Assembly: GCA_963847445.1 (NCBI GenBank)
Contig: CAWJZV010000017.1
Coordinates: 1 to 64,000, forward strand
Direction of reading: 5' to 3'
DNA from: an uncultured delta proteobacterium
Lineage (GTDB): Bacteria; Desulfobacterota; Binatia; UBA9968
Length of the DNA stretch: 64,000 nucleotides
Shown here: positions 52,237-62,029 of the stretch, piece after piece
Layout of the letters: each line of letters starts with the position of its first letter
How positions within the stretch are numbered: position 1 is the first letter of the stretch
Notes under the pieces: model-generated
Told to the model about the DNA's origin: nothing
Database searches by the model: none
What the model saw: the letters and a program-made list of their open reading frames with translations, nothing else
Made by a program: the position numbers and the translations under genes

Positions 52237-53286
52237 ATGAAGATCGCGCAGATTACCAGCGTTTATATCTCCGTTCCGCCGAAGACCCATGGCGGAACGG
52301 AGCGCATCGTCTATTATCTTTGCCAGCAGCTCAGCCGGCGCGGCCATCAGGTGGAACTTTTTGCTTCGGGGGACTCCAAGGTTGACTGCACCCTCCAGTC
52401 AGTCTTGCCGGTCGCCTGCCAGGACGATCCGCTTTCGACTTTTTATCTTGAGAAAGAGTTTGAGACACGACACACCTATGACCTGTATCGCCAGGCCGAA
52501 CGTTTCGACGTAGTTCATGCGCACTCGCCTACATTAGCGCCGTATTTTTCTGCTTTTACGACAACGCCGACGTTGGTCACTTACGGTTATATAGAAAAAG
52601 AACTGCACGAATATTATCGCGCACACTTCCCGCAGTGCCTTCCGGTGTGCGTCAGCCAGGCGCAAAGAAAAATGTTAGGGGACGAATCGATCCCGGTGGT
52701 TTATAACGGCATCGCCATGGACGAGATCCATTTTAACGATAAACCGGAGGATTTCTTCATCATCGTCGGCCGCATGACGCCCGGAAAGGGCATCGCCGAG
52801 GCGATCCGCATTGCCAAGAAGGCCGGCGCGCGACTGCTGATTGTCGGCCATGTCACCAGTCATCTGCCGTGGAGCGAGGAGTACTTTCTCAAGGAGGTCA
52901 AACCGCATATTGACGGCGATAAGATCCGCTACATCGAGCGCCTGCCCTATCGCGAGATCGTCCAACTGATGAGCAAAGCCAAGGGGTTTCTTTTCCCGCT
53001 GCAGTGGGATGAGCCGTTCGGCATGGTCGTGATCGAAGCCATGGCTGCGGGAACTCCGGTGGTGGCCTACCCGCGCGGCTCCATGCCCGAGTTGATCAAG
53101 CACGGCGAGACCGGCTATCTGCTCGACCTTGAGGATGAGATGGTTGAGATGCTCGATCGAATCGACACGCTGGATCGCGCGCGATGCCGGGAGTGGGTCG
53201 AGGAACGGTTCGGCGTGGAGCGGATGGTCGATGCATATGAAAGGCTCTATAAGATGGCCGCGAGCGGGTGTTGGACCGGGACCTGA
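52237..53286 (+). CDS. GT4 glycosyltransferase
   Basis: MKIAQI..VPPKTHGGTER, WDEPFGMVVIEAMAAGTPV. Confidence 0.9.
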   Translation: MKIAQITSVYISVPPKTHGGTERIVYYLCQQLSRRGHQVELFASGDSKVDCTLQSVLPVACQDDPLSTFYLEKEFETRHTYDLYRQAERFDVVHAHSPTLAPYFSAFTTTPTLVTYGYIEKELHEYYRAHFPQCLPVCVSQAQRKMLGDESIPVVYNGIAMDEIHFNDKPEDFFIIVGRMTPGKGIAEAIRIAKKAGARLLIVGHVTSHLPWSEEYFLKEVKPHIDGDKIRYIERLPYREIVQLMSKAKGFLFPLQWDEPFGMVVIEAMAAGTPVVAYPRGSMPELIKHGETGYLLDLEDEMVEMLDRIDTLDRARCREWVEERFGVERMVDAYERLYKMAASGCWTGT

Positions 53287-53301
53287 AGTCAACGGCGAAC
53301 A

Positions 53302-54298
53302 ATGGCGAGTAAAAGGTGGAACCTTGAAAGCCTGGGAAGCGAAAGCAGCTATTGGCGCTCCTGCATCCTGATCACTGCGGCGCATCTCGATCTATTCGGT
53401 TGGATCGGCAAGCGGGAAAAAAGTCCCAGAGCGCTGGCTGCTCATTTTGGCGGCGAGGCAGTGGCGTGGGAGATGTTTCTCAATGCCCTCTGCGGCATGG
53501 GCTTGCTGCGCAAACGCGCAGGAAAATTTAGCAACTCGCGATTTACTTCGCGTCACCTTAGCGGGGCTGGAGCAACTTTGCTGTTGCCCAATTATGACGC
53601 TTGGAATAGTTGGGGTGGGCTCGCTTCCAGCCTCATCACCGGAAATCGACCGAGGACCCAGAAACCATTCGCCGCGGATCGCGCTCAGGCCAAGCGCTTA
53701 CTTTGCGCGCTGGATATCCATGCGCGGCAGATCGCGCCGTATCTGATCGAGAAATTGCCCCTCACCGGCTGCCAGACTCTGCTGGATGTCGGCGGCGGGC
53801 TGGGAACCTATGCCGCGGCTTTTTGTCGTCACTATCCTAGCCTTCGGGCGACTCTTGTTGAGCATCCCAATATTGTTCCTCTGGCGCGTCGGGCGATCAC
53901 GGGACTCGGGTATGGCGAAAAGAGTGCGGGTCATCGGACTGGATATTTCCCGGAATGCACTGCCGCGGGGATTCGATAGCGTATTCGTCTCCAACGTCCT
54001 ACACGCCCATGGGGTCGCTGAAAACCGCTCCTTAGTTGGCAAACTTTATCGTTGTCTCAACCCTCGGGGCCAGTTGATCCTGCGCGATGTTTTCATGAGT
54101 CGGGATAGGACCGCTCCCGAGTGGGGGACGCTCTTTTCCGTTTCGCTGCTTTTGCACACGCCCCAAGGACGTTGTTACGCTCTGGACGAGATTCTTGGTT
54201 GGCTGCGCCACGCCGGCTTCTCACGTATAAGCGGCCCCTACCGCAGCAGCCCGCTTCCCTTCGATCCCGATTCGATTTTAATAGCGCAGAAGAGCTGA
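53302..54298 (+). CDS. O-methyltransferase (dimerisation + SAM domain), frameshifted
   Basis: LLDVGGGLGTY; FVSNVLH, LNPRGQLILRD in the next frame. Confidence 0.85.
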
Positions 54299-54427
54299 TG
54301 CGTAATTGACGCGCAATGAGCGCCAGCAGTGCGCGCTTATTTTGCTATCCGGCTCGGATCGAGAGGACGGATTGAACCGTCTCGACAACCAGGAAGTAGC
54401 AGCAGCCTGAATCCTAAAAAAGAGAAA

Positions 54428-54443
54428 TGTCGGCTTTCTGACA
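54428..54443. promoter_or_regulatory. CooA-type Crp box upstream of Crp copy 3
   Basis: TGTCG-gctttc-TGACA; TGaTATACA about 20 bp downstream. Confidence 0.55.
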
Positions 54444-54780
54444 GATTCATTCGCCAATTCTGATATACACGGCAGACATCTTAGTGCGGCACATAGAATT
54501 TAATGAAACTAAAGGATCTGCCTGACTGGTCTAAACGTTTTGGCTCGCTTGAGCAGTCGGAGTCGCGCCGTTTTAAAAAGTGCCGAATCTTCGCCGTTGG
54601 GTCACTTCGCAATGCTCGTTATTGACTCCGACGGAGTCCAGAACCTCACATTGCTCGAGGTGGGTGCAGGTAAAATTAACAAAGTTCTTGCCGTGCTTAA
54701 GACTCATATTGGACGGCCACTCGATGAAATCGCGCAACTCGAAATAATCGACTGATGACCCAGTCGGGGACATCCTACTT

Positions 54781-55599
54781 ATGACCGACACTAATGCTAA
54801 AGCTCTACAGCAATTAAGAGACCTCGCCTCATATCCGTTACCGCAGTTGGAAAAGCTCGCGGCCAATCTGTCGATAAGACCATTCAAGACAAACAAAATT
54901 ATCTTCGATCAAAACGAGGACGCAAAGGTCGTTTATCTACTGCTATCAGGGGTCGTTAAGGTTTCTTACCTCCACAGCGATGAAAACCAAACGATAGTCA
55001 GTCTCCATCCGGCGGGCGAGTTTTTCGGTCTCGATGCGCTGATTCCCCAAATGAAGCATCCTTTCAGATGCGAAGCGTTCGAAAACTGCACGGTCGGTAC
55101 GATCAAGCCGCAAACCCTCGTTGAAATACTCCTGGGGATCTCCTATGAACCTTTCCTTCGGTGGCACACCGGGGCAATGAATGCCGGGCGAAAAATCTAC
55201 GTCCATTGCATCAAAGGCATTGGACTTGATCTGCGTAAACGTCTCGCTCTCGAACTCATGAATTTGGCCGATCGTTTCGGCAGGGCCGACGCTCGCGGGA
55301 TCGTGATTGATGTAAATATCAGTCATGAAGTCCTCGCCGGTATCGTCGGTGCGTCGCGCCAGCAGGTCACGGAACACCTCAATCAATTTGATCGTGAGAA
55401 GTGCATTTCAAGAGATGGACGTCGGATCATAATAAACGCGCAAAAACTTCGGCCGATCATAGAGAATCGGCGATCTAGTAAGAATCGTAAGCCGCTTGCC
55501 GTTTCACCGCGCACTCGTCCCAGTCTAAGCCGACCGTTTAGTCGAAAGTTTCGACGCTTTCGACGAGCCAGCTCGCTCTGCTCATCCGTGACGGATTAG
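54781..55599 (+). CDS. Crp/Fnr family regulator (RQ-type recognition helix)
   Basis: GEFFG; HTH ISHEVLAGIVGASRQQVTEHL; the C-terminal ~45 aa may be read-through. Confidence 0.85.
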   Translation: MTDTNAKALQQLRDLASYPLPQLEKLAANLSIRPFKTNKIIFDQNEDAKVVYLLLSGVVKVSYLHSDENQTIVSLHPAGEFFGLDALIPQMKHPFRCEAFENCTVGTIKPQTLVEILLGISYEPFLRWHTGAMNAGRKIYVHCIKGIGLDLRKRLALELMNLADRFGRADARGIVIDVNISHEVLAGIVGASRQQVTEHLNQFDREKCISRDGRRIIINAQKLRPIIENRRSSKNRKPLAVSPRTRPSLSRPFSRKFRRFRRASSLCSSVTD

Positions 55600-55656
55600 A
55601 GATCTCTCGAACCATCTAGCCTTTCCTTCAGGATGAGTTGCGGCACAAAGTTTGCT
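55530..55656 (+). promoter_or_regulatory. Enhancer motif 6 + sigma54 promoter
   Basis: CCGAC cgttta GTCGA aagtt TCGAC gctttc GACGA; CGGCACAAAGTTTGCT at 55641. Confidence 0.85.
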
Positions 55657-55722
55657 CGTACTTTGTCTGGATCGTCTTTACAAAGGAACGAAATGCTTGC
55701 AGGGCCGAGAAAAGGAGTTTCG

Positions 55723-56205
55723 ATGGGCTTTGACTGGGCGACATGGTGGCGCGGCTTTCTCGGAACTGCTCCTGATCGGGATCAAGTGGCGCTTGAAATC
55801 TTGCGCCAACGGTACATCGACCAGCGGCAGAGGGAAAGTCAATTGACCGAACACGCTGACAAGATGCATTATCCGCAATTTGGTGAAAAACTGCTCCAAA
55901 TCGCGGCGGACAAAAATAAACATGCCGAGTGGATCGGCGAAAGGATTATCGCTCTTGGAGGCAAGCTCCCCGAGGTGCCTGTGCGCCGCTCGACGAACAT
56001 AAACAGTTGGCAGTATTTGCAGCTGGATCTAGCGGAGGAAAAACGTTGCGCCGACCGCCTGCCAGAGCAAATTTGGCGTCTCGAACCCGAGCATCCCGAC
56101 ATTAGCAATTTCCTGCAACGGATTGCCGCAGCGGAGAAGCAGCATCTTCAAGCAATCAACGACATGCTGATGCGCAGCGATGGGTTTGCGCTATCGCTCG
56201 CTTAG
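55723..56205 (+). CDS. Ferritin-like protein
   Basis: AAGGAG RBS; D..KHAEWIGERIIALGG, DLAEE, AEKQH. Confidence 0.75.
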   Translation: MGFDWATWWRGFLGTAPDRDQVALEILRQRYIDQRQRESQLTEHADKMHYPQFGEKLLQIAADKNKHAEWIGERIIALGGKLPEVPVRRSTNINSWQYLQLDLAEEKRCADRLPEQIWRLEPEHPDISNFLQRIAAAEKQHLQAINDMLMRSDGFALSLA

Positions 56206-56308
56206 GACCGTGGTTAACTCTCCCCTTCGTAGGACAAAATACGCATAAGCCAAGTCGTATCCGCATACGATTCAATCGCTCTTATCAGTGAGCGTTGAGT
56301 AATTTTTT

Positions 56309-56433
56309 CCGACCTTTTAGTCGAAAGTTTCGACGCTTTCGACGGGCCTTGCTGTTTTTCCTTCTGACAAGCTAGAGAAAATATCGGATCATGCGGCCTT
56401 TCCCACACGGCAAGGCGTGGCACAAGGCTTGCG
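56309..56433 (+). promoter_or_regulatory. Enhancer motif 7 + sigma54 promoter
   Basis: CCGAC ctttta GTCGA aagtt TCGAC gctttc GACGG; TGGCACAAGGCTTGCG at 56418. Confidence 0.85.
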
Positions 56434-56656
56434 CATCATCAATTATCAATCGCCCGAACAGAGGTGTGACATGCGCACGGCAATGTTGATCGTCTTGATG
56501 ATTTGCTGCTGACCGCTGCACCGTCACTTGGCCTCCTGGTCGGTCGTAAGCTGACTACTTGCCGCGGCGGGCTCGAAGCGCAAATCGGCTCTACTTAACC
56601 AACATAACCGGGATCGGCCCTAAAGGCGCCGGTCTTGGAAACAGGGGAGGTGCTTT

Positions 56657-56875
56657 ATGCCTTTAATTCAACTCGTGGTGGTCCTGATCGTGGTGGGTGT
56701 GCTTCTTGGGCTGGTGAATCGTTACATTCCGATGGCAGGATCGATCAAGTCGATCCTGAATGGGGTTGTGGTCATCGGCGTAGTTCTGTGGCTGCTGAAT
56801 ATTTTCGGACTTTTCAATTCACTGTCGGCGATCCGGGTGGGCAAGCTGTCTTGGCTCGGCGCGATTGGCGCCTGA
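56657..56875 (+). CDS. Small two-TM membrane protein (Thivi_2564-like)
   Basis: GGAGG RBS; MPLIQLVVVLIVVGVLLGLVNRYIPMAGSIKSILN. Confidence 0.75.
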   Translation: MPLIQLVVVLIVVGVLLGLVNRYIPMAGSIKSILNGVVVIGVVLWLLNIFGLFNSLSAIRVGKLSWLGAIGA

Positions 56876-56940
56876 GTCGCGATAGGATCTCTGACTGCCG
56901 GTTGTGTAACCGATAGTCAGAGATCAAGAGATTGCCAGCC

Positions 56941-59368
56941 ATGTTGTTTTGGTCATTGCTGTTTCTCTTGCTTGTTCTAGCCGTTAGCCTATTGGACATT
57001 GCTTTCACTCCGGCACGCGCGCGAATCAGTTTGCCGGGGTTCCGTCGTCACACTCGCTGGGACTGGGCGACTTCCATTCCAACCGGGTTCAGACGTGTGC
57101 GAATGAGGGCTCTGGCGGCGGCTCGGGCAATCCGTGGTAGCCGCTTCGCCAAACGACAGTGGCAGAGAGGCGTCCTTAATCTTGTCGTTTGTTCAACGGT
57201 GATCATTACGACTCTAGTTTCAATCGGAGTTTATCACGTCAATTTTAACCGCAGCGATTTGCCTGACGTAGAAGCATTGGCCCGCTTTGAGTTTCCGACC
57301 ATCGGCACCGTCTACGACGCCGCCGGCCTGCCGCTCATTGAACTGGCAAAAGAGTACCGCAAGATCACCCGGTATAAGGACATTCCGCCGATTGTTCGCG
57401 ATGCCATCATCGCCGCCGAAGACAAGCGATTTTTCTCACATAGCGGGGTTGACTATGCGATCATTCCTCGCCTGCTGAGCAAAATCAGAATGCGCGCCTT
57501 TGGCGCCGGTCTGACTCGGATGGCAAGGGGAAGCGGCCAGTCCGGCGCTGCTGCCGCAAGGCGGCTCGACGATCACCCAACAGCTCGTGCGCGGTCATTT
57601 TCTCAAAAACCTGACGGCGAAGGAAAACAGCCACCAGCTGCAGTATGACGGCATGGTAGCGTGGGCGCTGTCTAAGCTGATCGGCGCGCGCACCGTCAAC
57701 ATGTTGGTTCGCAAGATCGAGGAGATTCGGCTCTCGTTGTGGATCGAAGAGGAGATGCAAAAGCGTTTCGGTTCGAAACGACAAGCTAAGGAAGAAATTC
57801 TCGCCCGCTACGCCAGCTTAATCTACATGGGAGACGGCCAGTACGGGTTCGCCACCGCAGCGCAATACTATTTTGGCCGGCCGCTGGCGAGGTTGACCGC
57901 CAATGACGCCGACCAGGCGGCGCTGCTCGCCGGTATCGCCAAGGCACCGCGTTACTACGCGCCCAACGCGAAGGATACCGAGCGAGTGCTGCGCCGCCGA
58001 AATCAAACCCTAAGCCTGATGGCCGCCAACGGTTTGATTTCCCAGGACCGTGCACGTGCCGCCGAGCAGCTCCCCATTGAAGTGATCGAGCGGCGCCAAG
58101 ACAAGCTGGGTCAGGCGCCTGCGGTCCTTGGAACGATCCTCCAGGAACTCAAAGGCCGAGGCGGCGCGGATCTCACTGCTGAAGATCTCTTTCAGGGGCG
58201 CATCCAGGTTTACTCGACGGTGGATGTCCGGGTGCAGCAAATTGCCAACCAAGCGCTGGAACGCGGCCTCGAACTTTACGAAAAACGACATCCCAGTGCC
58301 AAAGGGATAATCCAAGGTTCTGTCGTCGTGTTGCGCAACCACGATGCGAGCATCCTGGCCGAGACCGGCGGTCGGCAGTTCTACCAGGACCGCTCCGCCC
58401 GATACAGCGACTTTAACCGCGTCACCAAGTCCCTGCGGCAACCCGGGTCGACGATGAAGCCCTTCGCCTACCTGGCGGCCTTTCGCCAGGGAGGTTTCAA
58501 TCTCGAAACGATGGTTCCCGACGAACCGATCGGGGTTCGGGATGGCGAGAAACAGAGCACCAAATGGATCTCAAACTACGATCGACAATTCCGCGGCATG
58601 ATTCCGCTGCGCGAGGCGCTCGCAGAATCGAGCAACGCCGTGGCGATTTGGCTCACAGGGGAGATTGGCATTGGCAGTGTTCTGGCCACCTCACGCAGTC
58701 TAGGGGTGAAGACGCGGTTGCAGCCCTATCTGACCACGGCGTTGGGAGCGTCCGAAGTGAATTTGCTGGAGCTCGCCAATGCCTACCGCACCATGGCGTC
58801 GGGACTGTTCGCCGAGCCCTATGTGATCCGAAAAATCGTCCGCGAATCGGGCGAGGTGGTGGCTAAGGAAAAGGAGCGGTCAGCGGTCGCAGTCAACGAC
58901 CCGGCGCTCGCGCTGATTCAGGAAGGTCTGCGCGGTGTCGTGCGCATGCCCAGCGGCACGGCGCATACGCTTAACCCGAGCGTTTTCCCGATCGCGGTCA
59001 TGGGCAAGACCGGGACGACCAATGAGTTCAGGGATGCGCTCTTTGTCGGCTCGACCTTCGGCCCTGAAGGGATCACGGTCGCCGTTCGTGTCGGCTTTGA
59101 CGACAACCGTTCGCTCGGAACTGAAGAAACCGGCGGCAGGGTCGCGCTGCCGGTGTTCAGAGAACTGATGCTGCGAGTTTACCGCGACAAGCTGGTCGGG
59201 CCTGTGCCGCGGTTTCCAGCGCAAATGGAACAGAATATCAACGACTATCTCGCCGCCGGCTCGGTGCCTACCGGAGAATTCATGAGCGCTGTTAACTCTT
59301 CCCATCAATCGGCGCCGCTTGCGGTATGGGTCGAAGCCGGAAGCGCAACAGTGCAACGACAACCATAG
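56941..59368 (+). CDS. Class A penicillin-binding protein (transglycosylase-transpeptidase), frameshifted
   Basis: AAEDKRFFSHSGVD; RKIEE; RQPGSTMKP, SSN, KTGT. Confidence 0.85.
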
Positions 59369-59420
59369 AAGAATCGACCGGCTGTCCGTTCGCGCGGCGC
59401 GCAATAATTCTTGGCAAAAG

Positions 59421-59463
59421 TGTCTAATATTGGACAGAAACAGTTTTTGCGCCAGCCTAGGTT
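59421..59463 (+). promoter_or_regulatory. Crp-family box with class II -10
   Basis: TGTCT-aatatt-GGACA 59421-59436; TAGGTT 59458-59463. Confidence 0.7.
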
Positions 59464-59563
59464 CCATTTCAAATATCACCATTAAGTTTCAGCCCCGAGG
59501 TTTTTTGGAAACGTTAAAAGCAGATAGGCTTAAACCTAGGCACGCCATCCGGAGGATGCCGCG

Positions 59564-59860
59564 ATGAACAAATTAATGTTGCTGGCGGTTCTCATATTGG
59601 CTCCCGGTCTCGACGGGAATAGCTCTGCATATTCAAACCAAGCGGTGGCCGCCGATGTTTCCAGAGAGCGGCCTGGCGCGCGACCCGAGCTCGAACATGG
59701 CACCGAACAGCAGATCATCGCGCCCGCCGAAAGGTATTATAGTAACGAAAAAAGATTGCTTACCGCCGCCGGTCCGGCTAACGAGCGTGAAGTGAAAAGA
59801 TTAAAGTTGATATTTCTGCTGATGATGAGCCTGGGTCAATCTCGCGCCCCAGTTCATTAG
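59564..59860 (+). CDS. Hypothetical secreted protein
   Basis: GGAGG RBS; signal-like N-terminus. Confidence 0.55.
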   Translation: MNKLMLLAVLILAPGLDGNSSAYSNQAVAADVSRERPGARPELEHGTEQQIIAPAERYYSNEKRLLTAAGPANEREVKRLKLIFLLMMSLGQSRAPVH

Positions 59861-59878
59861 GAAAACCGTTCGAGCGAT

Positions 59879-59962
59879 CCGACCCTTTAGTCGAAAGTTG
59901 CGACGCGATCGGCGAGACCGTTGCGGCCTTTCCCACTTTCAGAGTGAGGCACAATATTTGCC
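59879..59962 (+). promoter_or_regulatory. Enhancer motif 8 + sigma54 promoter (short spacing)
   Basis: CCGAC ccttta GTCGA aagtt GCGAC gcgatc GGCGA; AGGCACAATATTTGCC at 59947. Confidence 0.75.
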
Positions 59963-60011
59963 CTAAAAAATTCCAGCAAGTCCGCGGGTCGCCGAAGGCG
60001 GAGAGATGATT

Positions 60012-60185
60012 ATGGACAAGATCATTTTGTTTTTGTCGATTGGGCTTATCGGTTGGTGGGTAGGAAACCTGGCGGGACAAGATCAATACGCGCAGGTATT
60101 AGGGGCCGATGCCAGTGTGCTCGAAATAATAATGGGAATTGTCGGCGCCGGCTACTTGTTCATGTTCACCTCCGGGACGCAATGA
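60012..60185 (+). CDS. GlsB/YeaQ/YmgE-like small membrane protein (57 aa; not in ORF track)
   Basis: MDKIILFLSIGLIGWWVGNLAG...LEIIMGIVGAGYLF. Confidence 0.55.
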   Translation: MDKIILFLSIGLIGWWVGNLAGQDQYAQVLGADASVLEIIMGIVGAGYLFMFTSGTQ

Positions 60186-60259
60186 CTCGACTAATAACCG
60201 CCGCGCGGACGGATTAAATCGACCCAGGCCGATCAGTTCTGAAAGACACGACCCGCAGC

Positions 60260-60386
60260 CCGACTATTTGGTCGAAGCTCTCGACCATGTCGACGAACGT
60301 ACGGTGGTTTCCCTCGATCTTGCTAAATGTTTTTCTTGTGAAATCCAGCGTCTTCCTTCGCGCCCAGATCTGGCATGCATTCTGCT
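60260..60386 (+). promoter_or_regulatory. Enhancer motif 9 + sigma54 promoter
   Basis: CCGAC tatttg GTCGA agctc TCGAC catgtc GACGA; TGGCATGCATTCTGCT at 60371. Confidence 0.85.
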
Positions 60387-60415
60387 CCGTATAGTTCAGA
60401 TACTTAGGGGATCCT

Positions 60416-60703
60416 ATGAAAAAAATAATCACCATTCACGGTCAACGCGTCGAGCTGTATAGTTCAGACCAAGGGCAAAGCTGGTCGAGTAATCCGCAAT
60501 CGACATTCGATTATGGACAACGCGAGGAGATCCTGCGCGGGGAACTGAAGCAGCGATTCGCAAGGATAGACGGAATGCAGCCCGCTCCCAATATCGAAGT
60601 TGGATTTGATATGCCAAGCCGCTTTGCGGGACGGAAGAGAAGCAAGCGCTCTGTTCCGTTAGGCTCCATCTCGTGTTGCCGTTCGTTTGCGCGCATCGAT
60701 TGA
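60416..60703 (+). CDS. Hypothetical protein
   Basis: ORF directly downstream of a sigma54 promoter, with AGGGGA RBS. Confidence 0.55.
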   Translation: MKKIITIHGQRVELYSSDQGQSWSSNPQSTFDYGQREEILRGELKQRFARIDGMQPAPNIEVGFDMPSRFAGRKRSKRSVPLGSISCCRSFARID

Positions 60704-61083
60704 AAGAATTCCAACCTGTAGGTAATTTGTCGCGGCACGGCGATCACGAGCGGTCCCGAGCACGTCCCTTAAGACTCAGTCGTTATTATGAGACGGAACT
60801 GTGCGGGCATAACGGTCCAGCAAATTATTGGTGTTGTTGAGCAGTAGACGATGAAAGATTGTCTTCAAAATATGAAGGAGGTCGGATTTATAAAAAAAAG
60901 ATCAATTCAAAGGGAGCTGACAACGGGTCAAGATGCACTGATTGTCAGTTCACCGACAACGATCTTCTGGAAGCCGAGGTTGAAAACGACTAGGTCCCGG
61001 GGGTAGTTCATCAGCGCTACCGTCAAGACGACCGAATCCAGAAGTCAGATATGAGTGACAATAAACCTAGAAGGAAAAATCTT

Positions 61084-61479
61084 ATGCGGAATAAAATTAT
61101 GACATCATGTTTGGTTGGTATTGGAATGTTGGCTTTAACGGGCATGAGCTTCGCGCAAACGACGCCAGCAAAGCCGGATATCGGCAGCGATAGCAAGGCG
61201 AAACCGGCCAAGCCGGAAACGGGCATGGACAGCAAGGCCAGTGAAAAGAAGGCGACAGGCGATGTGACTTCTGTCGATGCCAAAGCCGGTAAACTGGCGG
61301 TCAAGACCGCCGACCAGGACCTCAGCCTAAACGTTGAGGCGAGCGCCGCTAAAAAGTCGCTTGAGTCGATCAAGGTTGGGGACAAGGTTAACGTTTCCTA
61401 TCAGGATAAGGGCGGTATTCTAACGGCCAGCTCTGTCAGCAAGTCTGGAGCGACGCCAGGCCCCGGCGCTTCTCGGTAA
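61084..61479 (+). CDS. Secreted protein with OB-fold-like repeat
   Basis: Signal peptide SFAQ; TGDVTSVDAKAGKLAVK...IKVGDKVNVSY. Confidence 0.7.
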   Translation: MRNKIMTSCLVGIGMLALTGMSFAQTTPAKPDIGSDSKAKPAKPETGMDSKASEKKATGDVTSVDAKAGKLAVKTADQDLSLNVEASAAKKSLESIKVGDKVNVSYQDKGGILTASSVSKSGATPGPGASR

Positions 61480-61525
61480 ACCAAATAGCGATTGGTAGCA
61501 CTAAACTAAATAGTGCTGTCCTCGT

Positions 61526-61558
61526 CAGAGGAGGCGGCGAACTTCGCCGCCTCCTCTG
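61526..61558 (+). terminator. Strong stem-loop, likely terminator
   Basis: cagaggaggcggcgaa-c-ttcgccgcctcctctg. Confidence 0.7.
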
Positions 61559-61743
61559 TGTCGCTTATAAATGTATCTCAGTTTCGGCACATCGCTTCAG
61601 ACGATATTCGCAAGTTCGGGACGACCTGATTATTTCGCACTCGCAATCGCGCCGGTTAAGGTGAAGGTCATTGGTTTAAACAACTGACGGTTTTTAACGC
61701 GTCCTTTAGGACTCTGATACGACCATTGGTCGCGAGCAAGGGC

Positions 61744-61759
61744 CGGCACGGATCGTGCT
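61744..61759 (+). promoter_or_regulatory. sigma54 promoter upstream of the peptide gene and ku
   Basis: CGGCACGGATCGTGCT (GG-N10-GC); no intact enhancer at about -110. Confidence 0.6.
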
Positions 61760-61799
61760 CAATCTCAATTACAGCACAGACTAAAGAAGGAGAGTTTTT

Positions 61800-61880
61800 A
61801 TGGATACTCTACTGATCGTTCTTCTCGTGGTGTTTTTAGTCGGTGGCGGGGGCTGGGGATATTCTCGTTGGCGCCGGTAG
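61800..61880 (+). CDS. 26-aa single-TM peptide (copy 2)
   Basis: AAGGAG RBS; MDTLLIVLLVVFLVGGGGWGYSRWRR. Confidence 0.8.
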   Translation: MDTLLIVLLVVFLVGGGGWGYSRWRR

Positions 61881-62029
61881 CAACCGTTGCCAACCCCGAC
61901 CCGATCGAGGATCGGGCGAGATTTGAATCGTTTCAATTTTGCTACACCGGCTGTGAAGCCGTTTCCATGCGGTCACGGCCGAGTGGCGAATTTCACAGGC
62001 TTAATCCCAACCTGTAAGAAGGATTTTGT

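Noticed and set aside
52233-52248. TGGCATGAAGATCGCG, a sigma54-like match
   Set aside because: It overlaps the GT4 start codon and has no enhancer, so it is probably chance.
28774-60296. TCGAC repeats as a CRISPR array or integron attC sites
   Set aside because: They are dispersed and degenerate, with no regular spacers, cas genes or integrase. Their fixed position upstream of -24/-12 elements fits enhancers.
61719-61733. CGAC-cattg-GTCG near the last sigma54 promoter
   Set aside because: The spacer is 5 bp and the site is too close to the -24, so it is not counted among the nine enhancers.
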